64,000 bases of DNA, taken from NCBI RefSeq assembly GCF_009914755.1, contig NC_060928.1. The stretch is one strand, 5' to 3'. Position numbers and translations under genes: made by a program. The notes under the pieces are model-generated. The model was not told where the DNA came from, searched no databases, and saw only the letters and a program-made list of their open reading frames with translations. Numbering within the stretch: the first letter of the stretch is position 1; every line of letters starts with the position of its first letter. Shown here piece after piece: positions 1 to 22,790 of this stretch. This stretch comes from the human T2T-CHM13v2.0 reference genome, Homo sapiens.

Positions 1-1081
<1,081 letters not shown>

Positions 1082-1099
1082 AGAGGGGTCTGTTTTAAC

Positions 1100-1938
1100 A
1101 TTGGAGATACCTTAATAAGGAATGGTGAAGCACTCTGCTAATAGTAATCATGGAAAACCATCACCATTATTGGCCCGATGGGGCAAGGGAAGGCAGTATT
1201 TATTAGGATCCTGGGAGAGCTTTGTTTTGAGAAAAGAAAATAAAAACCCCAATTCACTATGCCAAAAGGAAAAAATTAAGCTGAAAGCTGAGTCATGGAA
1301 GAAACTGCCTTTCCTTTTGTTCCTAAGCAGATAGCTACAGATAAAAGTTTAAATATCTCCACAGGTAGCTACTCTATATTCACCTTATCTTATGTACGGC
1401 GCTGATATACTGAGTGCAAGGTGAGTACATAATTGACTTTTCCTCTAGCTGCTCCTTTTCTCTGACAACTTGTGATTACCATACCCTCCCTCTTTCCCCT
1501 CCAGCCCACTTTTCCCCTTTAAATATTGAAGCCCTGAGAATCACCTTTGGAGAAAAGCACAAACCAAGGGCTGTTAGTGTGATTCCATGTTCTTTTCTTC
1601 TGGGCATGTTCTTAAACTTGGCAAAATAAAGTTCTAAGTTGACTGATGCCTGTCTCAGATACTCTTTGGTTTGCAGCTTATAAAAAGGGATACCCAGCAG
1701 AAGATAATTGTAGCTACTGCTAATCATGCTGGCCTAGAGAGGGCCATGAGAATAAACACATTCTCTTTCCACTAGCATTCCAACATCCTGCTGCTGCCTT
1801 CCTGGAGCCGAACCTCACCAGAATCCAGAGACAAGTAAATTAGTACCTGATCTTTAGGTGTCAGCCTCCTGGAACATAGAACAGGGTAGAAATAGGTAGC
1901 GTTGTGTATCTGCCAGGACCACTGGAAATACCAGTACA
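1100..1938 (-). mobile_element. Old ERVL LTR (LTR33-like), split by the MER4-group LTR
   Basis: Terminal segment gtcagcctcctggaacatagaacagggtag...aaataccagtaca resembles the LTR33 end. Left boundary approximate. Confidence 0.55.
1228..1675 (+). mobile_element. ERV1 solo LTR, MER4 group
   Basis: TG...CA ends, MER4-like 5' sequence (aattcactatgccaaaaggaaaaaattaagctgaaagctgagtcatg), AATAAA near the 3' end, 4-bp TSD gttt/gctt. Confidence 0.85.
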
Positions 1939-1984
1939 CCTACGATATCATCAAATGTTTTAAATAATGACAATGAACTTGTTC

Positions 1985-2470
1985 ATTTATGTAGTTGGTA
2001 AAAATTCTGGCAAAATGTCTCAATACCTTAAAAATCTCAATTTTAAGAATGTATTATACGAAAATGCCATAAATATTCACGAAGACTAAGCTGCAAGAAT
2101 GTTCTTCAAAAGTGTTTATAGTACTATCAAAATAAAAATAATCTAAATGCCTAAAAGCAAGAAATTGATTAAGTAAACTCTAGTTTATCAATACAAGGAA
2201 GTAACATTAAGTCATATAAAATGACATTAAAGTAAATCTTGTGACATGGAATTGCATTTCATCAGAGCTTTTCATAAAATAGACTGATGGTATGACTTTT
2301 TTGTACATAAAGAAACAAACAATATATATGTCTGCAAAGCAAAATGATTAGAAGGATAGTCACCAAAAATTGTAATGTTTTTTCCTTCTGGTAAATTCTA
2401 GATTATTTCTTTTAAAGAAACAATTTCATTTGATCATAATTTCAATGTTTTTATAATAAATATATATTAA
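1985..2470 (+). mobile_element. Ancient L1M (L1ME/MC) 3' fragment
   Basis: Degenerate L1 ORF2-end/3' UTR motifs (gcaagaatgttc...aatctaaatgcc...attgattaagtaaact). Confidence 0.5.
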
Positions 2471-3184
2471 TTTAGTAGTTCAAATAATGTTTTAAATTAG
2501 GTAAAATAAAGACTGTCCTGTTTAGACATATATAAAACAAAATAAATGGAGATAATTTTTCTCCCACAGATGGATAAAATAAAAATTAATTTAAAATCTT
2601 TTCTATTTAAAGAGGAACTCTTGAAAGATTTGTATAAGGAACAAGTCAATTTTGCTTTAGTGAGAGAAATTAGGCCCACAAAGAGGTCTGTTGGGATTTT
2701 AGGAATCAATAATTTATGCAAGAGTCAGGAGGATGGCTCTAACAAACTCAGCATTACTATTGACGGGACTTTCAGACCAGGGCTTAGGTGCAGAAGCAGT
2801 GAGTTCTGATCCTCAGCCTCAGACAGTCTTGTCTGTTTCAGGTGGCACCAGGCATCCGCCTCAGGCTCTGTCCCAATGTGGTGAGGAGAAACAGAGCAGA
2901 TGTGTGCCCTCAGCAGGGGAGGCATTCACAGGAAGAGCGAGTTAGTAAACTGTGCAGGCCCAGCTCCTTGTCTAAATTCAGCAGTTAGAAAGTTATTTCT
3001 CCTTCTCACAGAATGGAGGCATTCTAATAAAAGATGTATACGGAAAGAAACCTGCTTAATACAACACACATATCTAAAAAATCAATACATGATGATTTAT
3101 GAATTATAGTTTCATTGACATCAAGTTAATAATAATGACTTTGAAATTAATTCAGCAGACATTATAACTCCTACTCAGAGCCAG

Positions 3185-4207
3185 TGATACAGAATACTTT
3201 CTTGACCCCTTCTCGGGCCTTGCAACAGGAGTGCCTCATTTACTCAGCCTGCCCTGCTCAACCCCTCACAGGAGGGAGTGTGCAAGCGAATGAGCACAGG
3301 AACTGGGGCAAACAAGTGCAGGAACTGGCTGCTTTGGCAGCAGCAGGAGCAAACTCCACTTACTCAGGTCCACTGGACTCCACTCCTCACAGGAGGGAAC
3401 AAGCAAGCTAGTGAGTGCAGGAACCAGAATGAGTGAGTGCAGGAACTGGCTGCTTTGGCGCTGGCAGGAGAAAACTCCATGCAGGCCCTGCAGCAGCATC
3501 CAGGTCGGGTGCCTGTGACCCCAAGGCCCCAGAGGGCGTGTTACAGTGCTCTCTTAGCTCTGCTGTCTGCAGACAGCAGTGTGTTACCAGTTCAGTGCCC
3601 TTTGCCTCATCCTGTGGGGTGGCTACCTTCTGCCAGCTAGGGAAAAGGGCCAGTGTGACAACCTTTTTCGGTACCCACACCCTGTGCATCCTGAATTCCT
3701 GTCTGGAGCCCAGGTGGAATGAGGTCATGTGGATGAATTGAAGGATGGTGAATGTGGAGAATTTTGTTGAGTGATGAAAGCAGCTCTCAGTGGAGAGGGG
3801 AGCTGGAAAGGGGATGGGTAGGGCAGGTTGCTCTCCTCTGAAGTCAAGCCACCTCTCTGCCTCTCTCTTCTGAAGTCAAGTTACCTCATTCAGCCACCGT
3901 TTCAAAGTCACCTCTCCCCAGCATCCAACCACTTTTTCCTGATGTCCAACCACTTGTCTCTGCTGGCTGAGTCTGGGGTCTTTATAGGCACAGGATGCGG
4001 GGGGTGGGTCAGAGGTAGTTTTGGAAAAGGCAACATTCAATTGGTAAAAAGACATTATTTAGAAAGAACCAATTGGGAGAGAGCAGGCACATAGGGATGG
4101 AAGTTCTCACTTTGGGCTGCGGGTTTCAGGCTTTTCAGCTTGAAGGTGGGGTTTTGACAGGGATCTGCCCCATCTGCCTAGAATTTTTATGCCTCCTGTC
4201 ACTATCA
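3185..4207 (-). mobile_element. ERV1 solo LTR (LTR1/LTR27/LTR28/MER52 group) inserted into an L2 relic
   Basis: TGATA...TATCA termini, perfect 4-bp TSD CCAG (3181-3184, 4208-4211), internal ~120-bp tandem unit of the kind seen in this LTR group. Confidence 0.85.
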
Positions 4208-4309
4208 CCAGGTGTGCTGTTAGGAATGTAAATATGAATAAAACGTGGGTTCTGTGAAGAGTCACGTTCTAGAGGAAGTGGCAGAATTGCATTACTCAAA
4301 ACTAATCAG

Positions 4310-4920
4310 TAGCTCTCTATGTTCAACTGTCTAGTCCATTTGTATATCTTTGAGGTCCTCAAGGTCAACAGGTCTACAGCAAAATTAGTTCTCCTTCCTC
4401 ATGAAACTGCACCTGTTCTTGGTTTTCTTTTTTGGTGAATGGCACTGTTAACCCAGTGGTCCATGCCAAAACCTCCAACTCATTTTCAGCTTTTTTTTCT
4501 TTAGTTCTATGTGTCCAAATGATTATCAAGTCTGGTCAAATCTATCACTTATAGTCACTTGATTTCATAATTCCTTTCCCTTTTAATGGTCTTTGATCCA
4601 TTCTCATTCATCTGGGCTTTATCAAATGCCTCCTAATGAATTTCCCTGCCCACACACTCACATCCTATACCGCTTCCTCCACTAGCATTAGAGTGACTTT
4701 TATCATATGCATAATTAGTTATATTTTCCTTACATAAAGATTTTTGAATGACTCTCAAGTTTGAATATAGCCTAACCACTTAGCTTAGTGGACAAGACTC
4801 TCTATTATCCTGTTATTCTCTAGTTTTTGAACCTCATTTCTCAGCATATTGTTTGTTGTTTATATTTTTATTAGCATTCCCAGTATAACAAAGTACATGT
4901 AGTTTCCTAGGATGGCATTG
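4310..4920 (+). mobile_element. L2 LINE fragment
   Basis: Degenerate L2 3' ORF/UTR motifs (gtgaatggcact...acccagtggtccatgccaaaacct; cactagcattagagtgactttt). Confidence 0.6.
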
Positions 4921-4926
4921 TCTCTT

Positions 4927-5167
4927 TTTAAAAACTTTTTTATTTATAGTGGACACATGATAATTGTACATATTTATGGGGAACACTGTGATATTTTAAT
5001 GTATGCATACATTTTATAATGATCAAATTGGGGTAATTATCACATTCATTGTTTTAAGCTAATTTATTTGTGGTGACAACATTCAAAATTTTCTTTTAGC
5101 TATCTTGAAATATACACTACATTGTTATTTGCTATAGCAATCCTACTGTGTAACAGAACACCAGAAT
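4927..5167 (-). mobile_element. L1MA-type 3' end, left part (continues at 11217-11380 after the L1PA2 insertion)
   Basis: L1MA 3' UTR motifs (ataattgtacatatttatgggg...aatgatcaaattggggtaatt); sequence resumes in register beyond the L1PA2. Confidence 0.85.
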
Positions 5168-5394
5168 TTCTTCTTTTTTTTTTTTTTTATTATACTTTAA
5201 GTTTTAGGGTACATGTGCACATTGTGCAGCTTAGTTACATATGTATACATGTGCCATGCTGGTGCGCTGCACCCACTAACTCGTCATCTAGCATTAGGTA
5301 TATCTCCCAATGCTACCCCTCCCCCCCTCCCCCCACCCCACCACAGTCCCCAGAGTGTGATATTCCCCTTCCTGTGACCATGTGATCTCATTGT

Positions 5395-9220
<3,826 letters not shown>

Positions 9221-9283
9221 TATGATGTTAGCTGGTGATTTTGCTCGTTAGTTGATGCAGTTTCTTCCTAGTCTCGATGGTCT

Positions 9284-10300
9284 TTACATTTTGGCATGAT
9301 TTTGCAGCGGCTGGTACCAGTTGTTCCTTTCCATGTTTAGTGCTTCCTTCAGGAGCTCTTTTAGGGCAGGCCTAGTGGTGACAAAATCTCTCAGCATTTG
9401 CTTGTCTGTAAAGTATTTTATTTCTCCTTCACTTATGAAGCTTAGTTTGGCTGGATATGAAATTCTGGGTTGAAAATTCTTTTCTTTAAGAATGTTGAAT
9501 ATTGGCCCCCACTCTCTTCTGGCTTGTAGGGTTTCTGCCGAGAGATCCGCTGTTAGTCTGATGGGTTTCCCTTTGAGGGTAACCCGACCTTTCTCTCTGG
9601 CTGCCCTTAACATTTTTTCCTTCATTTCAACTTTGGTGAATCTGACAATTATGTGTCTTGGAGTTGCTCTTCTCGAGGAGTATCTTTGTGGCGTTCTCTG
9701 TATTTCCTGAATCTGAACATTGGCCTGCCTTGCTAGATTAGGGAAGTTCTCCAGGATAATATCCTGCAGGGTGTTTTCCAACTTGGTTCCATTCTCCGCA
9801 TCACTTTCAGGTACACCAATCAGACGTAGATTTGGTCTTTTCACATAGTCCCATATTTCTTGGAGGCTTTGCTCATTTCTTTTTATTCTTTTTTCTCTAA
9901 ACTTCCCTTCTCGCTTCATTTCATTCATTTCATCTTCCATTGCTGATACCCTTTCTTCCAGTTGATCGCATCGGCTCCTGAGGCTTCTGCATTCTTCACG
10001 TAGTTCTCGAGCCTTTGTTTTCAGCTCCATCAGCTCCTTTAAGCACTTCTCTGTATTGGTTATTCTAGTTATACATTCTTCTAAGTTTTTTTCAAAGTTT
10101 TCAACTTATTTGCCTTTGGTTTGAATGTCCTCCCATAGCTCAGAGTAATTTGATCGTCTGAAACCTTCTTCTCTCAGCTCGTCAAAGTCATTCTCCATCC
10201 AGCTTTGTTCCATTGCTGGTGAGGAACTGCGTTCCTTTGGAGGAGGAGAGGCGCTCTGTGTTTTAGAGTTTCTAGTTTTTCTGTTCTGTTTTTTCCCCAT
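9284..10300 (-). pseudogene. L1 ORF1 with one nonsense codon (TAA at 10106-10108)
   Basis: Exactly 1017 nt (338 codons plus stop). MGKKQNRK...KGK* is followed in frame by the rest of ORF1p. Confidence 0.95.
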
Positions 10301-11206
10301 CTTTGTGGTTTTATCTACTTTTGGTCTTTGATGATGGTGATGTACAGATGGGTTTTCGGTGTGGATGTCCTTTCTGTTTGTTAGTTTTCCTTCTAACAGA
10401 AAGGACCCTCAGCTGCAGGTCTGTTGGAATAACCTGCCGTGTGAGGTGTCAGTGTGCCCCTGCTGGGGGGTGCCTCCCAGTTAGGCTGCTCGGGGGTCAG
10501 GGGTCAGGGACCCACTTGAGGAGGTAGTCTGCCTGTTCTGAGATCTCCAGCTGCGTGCTGGGAGAACCACTGCTCTCTTCAAAGCTGTCAGACAGGGACA
10601 TTTAAGTCTGCAGAGGTTACTGCTGTCTTTTTGTTTGCCTGTGCCCTGCCCCCAGAGGTGGAGCCTACAGAGGCAGGCAGGCCTCCTTGAGCTGTGGTGG
10701 GCTTCACCCAGTTCGAGCTTCCCAGCTGCTTTGTTTACCTAAGCAAGCCTGGGCAATGGCGGGCGCCCCTCCCCCAGCCTCGCTGCCGCCTTGCAGTTTG
10801 ATCTCAGACTGCTGTGCTAGCAATCAGCGAGATTCCGTGGGCGTAGGACCCTCCGAGCCAGGTGTGGGATATAGTCTCGTGGTGCGCCATTTTTTAAGCT
10901 GGTCTGAAAAGCGCAGTATTCGGGTGGGAGTGACCCGATTTTCCAGGTGCGTCCGTCACCCCTTTCTTTGACTCGGAAAGGGAACTTCCTGACCCCTTGC
11001 GCTTCCCAGGTGAGGCAATGCCTCGCCCTGCTTCGGCTCGTGCACGGTGCACACACCCACTGGCCTGCGCCCACTGTCTGGCACTCCCTAGTGAGATGAA
11101 CCTGGTACCTCAGATGGAAATGCAGAAATCACCCGTCTTCTGCGTCGCTTACGCTGGGAGCTGTAGACCGGAGCTGTTCCTATTCGGCCATCTTGGCTCC
11201 TCCCCC
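10301..11206. promoter_or_regulatory. L1 5' UTR: CpG-rich sense promoter (- strand, YY1 site AAGATGGCC) and antisense promoter (+ strand) with donors after 10861 and 10946
   Basis: Intact L1PA2 5' UTR; CCAG|gtgtgg and CCAG|gtgcgt donors are present. Confidence 0.85.
10756..10971 (+). CDS. ORF0: L1 antisense ORF0, 71 aa, intact
   Basis: ATG at 10756 in strong context (gcaATGg); MAGAPPPASLPPCSLISDCCASNQRDSVGVGPSEPG...RCVRHPFL*; 216 nt. Confidence 0.9.
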   Translation: MAGAPPPASLPPCSLISDCCASNQRDSVGVGPSEPGVGYSLVVRHFLSWSEKRSIRVGVTRFSRCVRHPFL

Positions 11207-11477
11207 TATTCTTCTTATACAACTGTAACTTTGTGTCTGTTGACCAACCTCTCCCAGGCCCCCTCTTCCTGCTACCCTTCCCAGCCTCTGTCACCACTAT
11301 TCTACTCTCTCCTTCTAGAAAATCAACTTTTTTAGATTCCACATGAGTGAGATCATGCAGGATTTGTTTCATATGGCATATTCTTAAATGTCTGGTCTTT
11401 GAACCAACTGCTACCTCTGCTGTCTCCCATTCCAACTAACTTTAACCTGTCCTGAAAACCCCACTAAAGTACCATTC

Positions 11478-14222
11478 TAGTGGGTCAATTTGTGGTCCTC
11501 CAAAACTCCTCTGGTACCTGTGGATGGAAACTTATTTGAAAAAAAAAAGTGTTTGCCAATATCAGTGAGGTAAAGATCTTGAGATGAGATCATTCTGTAT
11601 TATGGTGGGCCCTACATCTAATTACCAGTGTTCTTATAAGAGACAGAAAGGAGAAGGGACTGAGACACAGAGGAGAAGGCCATGTGAAAAAGGAGGCAGA
11701 GATTGGCATTATGCTGCCACAAGCCAGGAAATGCCTACAGGGACCAAAAGCTGTAAGAGGCAAAAAAGGATTCTCCCCTAGAGCTTTCAAAGAAAGCATG
11801 GATTTGCCAACACCTTGACTTTACTTTATTGTTATTATTTTACATTTTAGATTCAGGGGGTACATGTGTAGGTTTGTTACATGGCTATATTGCATGATGC
11901 TGAGGTTTGATCTTCTCATGATCTCATTACCAATGTAGTGAACATAGTACCCAATAGGTAATTTTCAACTCTGGTCCCTCTCCCTCCTCGCCCTTTTGGA
12001 ATCTCCAGTATTTATTGATCCCATCTCTATGTCCATTTGTACCCAATGTTTAGTGTCCACTTATAAGGGAAAAAAAACACAGTATTTAGTTTTCTGTTTC
12101 TGTGTTAATTTGCTTAGAATAATGGTCTCCAGCTGCTTCCATGTGGCTGCAAAGGCATGATTTTGTTTGTTCATTTTTTATGGCTGTGTAGTATTTCATG
12201 TTGTGTGTATGTCACATATTCTTTATCCAATCCATCATTGATGGGCACCTGGGTTGATTCCATGTCTTTGCTATTGTGAATAGTTCTGCTATAAACATAT
12301 GAGTGCAGATGACTTTTTGGTAGAACAATTTATTTGCGTGAGTATATGCCTAGTAATGGGATTGCTGGATTGAATGCTAATTCTACTTTTAGTTCTTTGA
12401 GATATCTCCAAACTGCTTTCCACAGGGGCTGAACTAAAATTTGCATTCCCACCAACAGTGTATAAGAGTTCCCTTTTCTCCACAGATTCGCCAATGTCTG
12501 CTATTTTTTGACTTTTTAATAATCACCATTCTGACTGGTATGAGATGGTATCTCATTGTGGCTTTGATTTGCATTTCTCTGATGATGAGCATTTTTTAAT
12601 GTTTGTTGGATGCTTGTCTTTTTTTGTTAATTTAAGTTCTGGGATACATGTGCAGGGTATGTCTTCTATTGAGAAGTGTCTGTTTATGTCCTTGGCCCAC
12701 TTTTTAGTGGGGTTATTTGTTTTTTTATTGTTGATTTATTTAAGTTCCTTATAGATTCTGAATATTATCCTTTGTTGGATGCATAGTTTGAGAATATTTT
12801 CTCCCTTTCTGTAGGTATTCTGTTTACTCTATTGATAGTTTATTTTGCTGTGCAGAGCTCTTTAGTTTAATGAGGTCCCAACTGTCAATTTTTATTTTTG
12901 TTGCATTTCCTTTTGAGGATTTAATCATAAGTTATTTGCCTAGGTAAATGTTGGAAAGGGTATTTTCTAGTTTTTTTTCTAGGATTTTTATAGTTTGAGG
13001 TCTTACACTTAAGTTTTCAATCCATCTTGAGTAATTTTTGTACATAATGAGAGCTAGGGGTCCAGTTTCATTCCTCCACATATAGATAGTCAGTTTTCCC
13101 AGCAGCATTTATTGAATAGAATATCCTTTCCTCAGTGTTTATTTTTGTTGACTTTGTCAAAGCTCAGTTGGTTGTAGGTGTGTGGCTTTATTTCAGGGAT
13201 CTCTATTCTGTTCCACTGGTCTATGTGTCTATTTTTGTACCAGTACCACACTGTTTGCATTACTGTAGCCTTGTAGTGTAATTTTAAGTTGTGTAATGCA
13301 ATGCTTCCTGCTTTGTTCTTTTTGCTTAAGATTGTCTTGGCTCTTTTTGGATTCCATATGAATTTTAGAATAGTTTTTTCTAATTCTGTGAAAAAAGACA
13401 TTGATAATTTGATAGGAATATCATTGAATCTATAGATAGCTTTGGGCCATATGGCCATTTTAATGATATTGATCCTTTTGATATATGAGCATAGGATGCT
13501 TTTCCATTTGTTTGTGTTATCTATGATTTCTTTAAATAGTGTTTTGTAGTTCTCCTTGTAGAAATTTCACCTCCTCGGTTAGATGTATTTCTAGGTATAT
13601 TTTGTGTGTGTGGCTATTGAGAAGAGACTGTGTTCTTCATTTGGCTCCCATTTTGAATATTATTGGTGTATGGAAGTGCTACTGATTTTTGTATGCTGAT
13701 TTTGTATGCTGAGACATTGCTGGAATCATTCATCAGGTCTAGGAGTCTTTTGGTGGACTCTTTAGGGTTTTATAGGTATAAAATTATATTGTCAGTGAAG
13801 AGAGATAATTTGACTTCCTACTTGGATGCATTTTATTTCTTTCTCTTATCTGATTACTCTGACTAGGACTTCCAGTATATATTGAATAGGAGTGGTAGGA
13901 GTTGGCATCCTTGATTGTTCCAGTTCTCAAAGAAAATAATTCCAGTTTTTGCTCATTCACTATGAGGTTGACCGTGAGTTTGACATAGATGGCTCTTATT
14001 ATTTTGAGGTACGTTCCTTTGATGCCTAGTGTGTTGAGGGTTTTTATCGTGAAGGAATATTGGGTTTTATTGAGATGATCATATGGCTTTTGTTTTTAAT
14101 TATCTTTATTTGACACTTGTTTTTAGACTTACGGCTTCCAGAGCTGTAAGAGAATAAATTTCTGTTGTTTTAAGCCACTCAGTTTGTGGTAATGTATTAT
14201 GGCAGCCTAGGAAATTAATATA
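11478..14222 (+). mobile_element. MLT1C MaLR LTR (11478-11820 and 14113-14222), split by an L1
   Basis: MLT1C motifs on both sides (gatcttgagatgagatcat; agaataaatttctgttgttttaagccac). Confidence 0.85.
11823..14110 (-). mobile_element. 5'-truncated L1PA15/16-L1PB-age LINE-1
   Basis: 3' end tttagattcagggggtacatgtgtaggtttgttac, degraded ORF2 (13132-13458), degenerate TSD within MLT1C. Confidence 0.9.
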
Positions 14223-14264
14223 ACCACTTCCTTAGGAAACTCCCTTTTGGGAAGGAGTGTCAAA

Positions 14265-14750
14265 TTATGGCTAACACATGAGGGTTCTGGCCTCAGGCAG
14301 AGTTGCATATGAAACTCACTTTATTAAAAAATAACTGATTTGGGGTTAGATTACTAACCTCTCTAGGCTTCAGTTTTCCTTTTCATCTGTTAGAAGGAGT
14401 CATAATGTTTACCTTACAGAATTATAATAATAATTAAATGAGACAATCATGGAAAATGGCAGCATGATATAAGAGCTCAATACATGAACAAGGGTGTTAT
14501 TATTATTCTAATACCTCTATTCCCAGTCAAAACTAAGCACCCTCTTTTTGTGTGTTTCCAAAGCTTCTTTTACCTATCAGTATTACAGTGTTCATTACTC
14601 TATAACGCTTTGATTCATTTGTAAATCTTTTTTCTTTAGCTGCCTATAAACTCATTAAAAGCAGAATCATATCTTGATCTTTCTCATCATCCCAGTGTGT
14701 GGTACAAAGCCACGCATATGGTAGACACCCATAATAACTGAATTGAGGGA
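14265..14750 (+). mobile_element. MIR followed by an L2 3' fragment
   Basis: MIR core (aacctctctaggcttcagttttcct...catctgt); L2 tail (cccagtgtgtggtacaaagcc...ataactgaattga). Confidence 0.6.
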
Positions 14751-14820
14751 CTGTGGCACCATGATGCTTTCCAGGATGGGGCCTGGTACAGCACTATGAA
14801 AGAGTGATAAAATGCTTGAT

Positions 14821-20951
<6,131 letters not shown>

Positions 20952-21199
20952 AAAATGCTTAATAGATATTATTCTATGATGCTGCCAGTGCTCTAAAGGA
21001 TTCACAGGTCCACAGAACTGATGGACAAACTCTTTCAACTTACACACAGAGGAGACAGCAATTGGCCCATATAGATCCATTTATTATTAAACTATTTATT
21101 TATAATTTTAAGATCACAGAATATTAAACTAATGTGGACCTCTATGTTCATAACCTTGCTCAAGAAGTTCTTGTGCTTTGAAGTCTACACTGAGATTCC

Positions 21200-21545
21200 C
21201 AACTCTCTTCCCCAACCAAGTTAATTACTTTCTTGTTTATTTCTATATGTATCTACTATTGTATTGACAGCACTGCACAATCAATATTTACTTTGGGCTA
21301 TAAACTGTGGACAAGGCCCATGTTTTCACTTCTGTATCCTCAGTGCCTGGCAAGGTGCTTAAGCATATAATAGGCAACCAGGAATATTTCTTGAATAAAC
21401 CAACAAATGAGTGAATAGAATTCTATTGTTTACAGGTGATTTTTAAAAAAGATCCAGAGATATTTAGTTGTTCACCATTACTTATTTGAAAATATGGGGT
21501 CAGAACCCAGACTCCTAATGCCAAGTTCTGTGCTTGCTCTACAAA
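21200..21545. mobile_element. L2 3' end (+) and MIR fragment (-)
   Basis: ctgtatcctcagtgcctggc...atttcttgaataaa; cagaacccagactcct...aagttctgtgct. Confidence 0.6.
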
Positions 21546-22644
21546 ATTAAAAGCCAAATACATTTTTGGGACTAATGAGCCGATATGCAATATCCATTCT
21601 AATTCTCACATAATATTGCATACCCTGCAACAAAGTAAATCATTCACCACTTCTTATTTATCAGCCCATTGAAACTTGGAACACAGAGGAATTGCAAAGC
21701 CCAAATTGCTTGTCATAGACTAAACTGCTCTCTTCCCATGAGGTTGCTTTCCCACTTAAATCATAATTCATGTGCTGTGCTTTCTTCATTTAGGCTTCAT
21801 GGAATGTCAAACATTTTTTATCATAGGCTGCATAGCGCAACCGATTTATAGAATGGCATTGGGTATAATAATCTTTTCCATAAGGCTAGTCCCACAGAGG
21901 ATTCTGTCATGATATTTTGATGAAAGCTAATTATGTCCCCCTTCCTTAATCCTCCTTCCATCATACCAAAGAATGACTATCAGGAGAGTGCCAGCTGGAC
22001 CACTCTTCTCCTTCACTCAGACACTGACTGTCAAGAACTTTATTTACCACCAAGATGGAAAGTATCTTTCCTCCTGCCTTAGGGCTTCTACATATAATTT
22101 TGACAGCCTTTACTTTATCAAAGAAATTGTGTCAATTTAAAAACTGCAGCCTTCCTTACTGTGGTTGAATATCAAATTTTAGATACAGAAAGATCTCTTT
22201 AATGCCAACTTAAAAGAAAATTTAAGGCCAAATGAGAGAAGATTTATACTTTTGAAAGGACATTAATATTGTAATGATCACTGTGGCATTCTTTCAGCAG
22301 GAGTTCCTTAAAATCAAGTTTCGCCAGATACCACAATTATTTTAAGACATTAACTGGTATACATACCACATGCATGCCAAGCACTACATATATATCATGA
22401 CTATTGAAGGAGGAGGGGAGGTAACAAGATCCCAACCTGCATAATTTTGTGCAAATGTTTCTGATACATGAAATAGTTGGTGAAGAAACATAGAAGCAAG
22501 CATCTCTGAGACTGAGGCATCTCATCAAATGACAGAGCCAGTGCCATTAGGAAAGCAGCAGACATGCCTTCAGAGAACAGAGCTCACCATGTCTCTGTAT
22601 ATGGCTTTTCTCTCGCTTTTCTTGAAATAAAGCAGGACGTCTAT

Positions 22645-22790
22645 GCCATGGCTGCATGTTAGAAATATAGTGGAGCTTTTTAAAGAACTCTGATGATTGG
22701 GCTCTATTCGAGTCCAATTAAATCAGAATGCCCAGGGATGAGGTCCAGGAATGGGTACCTTTAAAAGCTCCCTAGGCCATTCTATTATGC
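22645..22790. mobile_element. MER5-type hAT-Charlie DNA transposon relic
   Basis: ggctgcatgttagaa...ccaattaaatcagaat...aaaagctccctagg. Confidence 0.7.

Noticed and set aside
3300-3480. Internal ~120-bp direct repeat in the 3185-4207 LTR
   Set aside because: Appears intrinsic to this LTR group rather than locus-specific.
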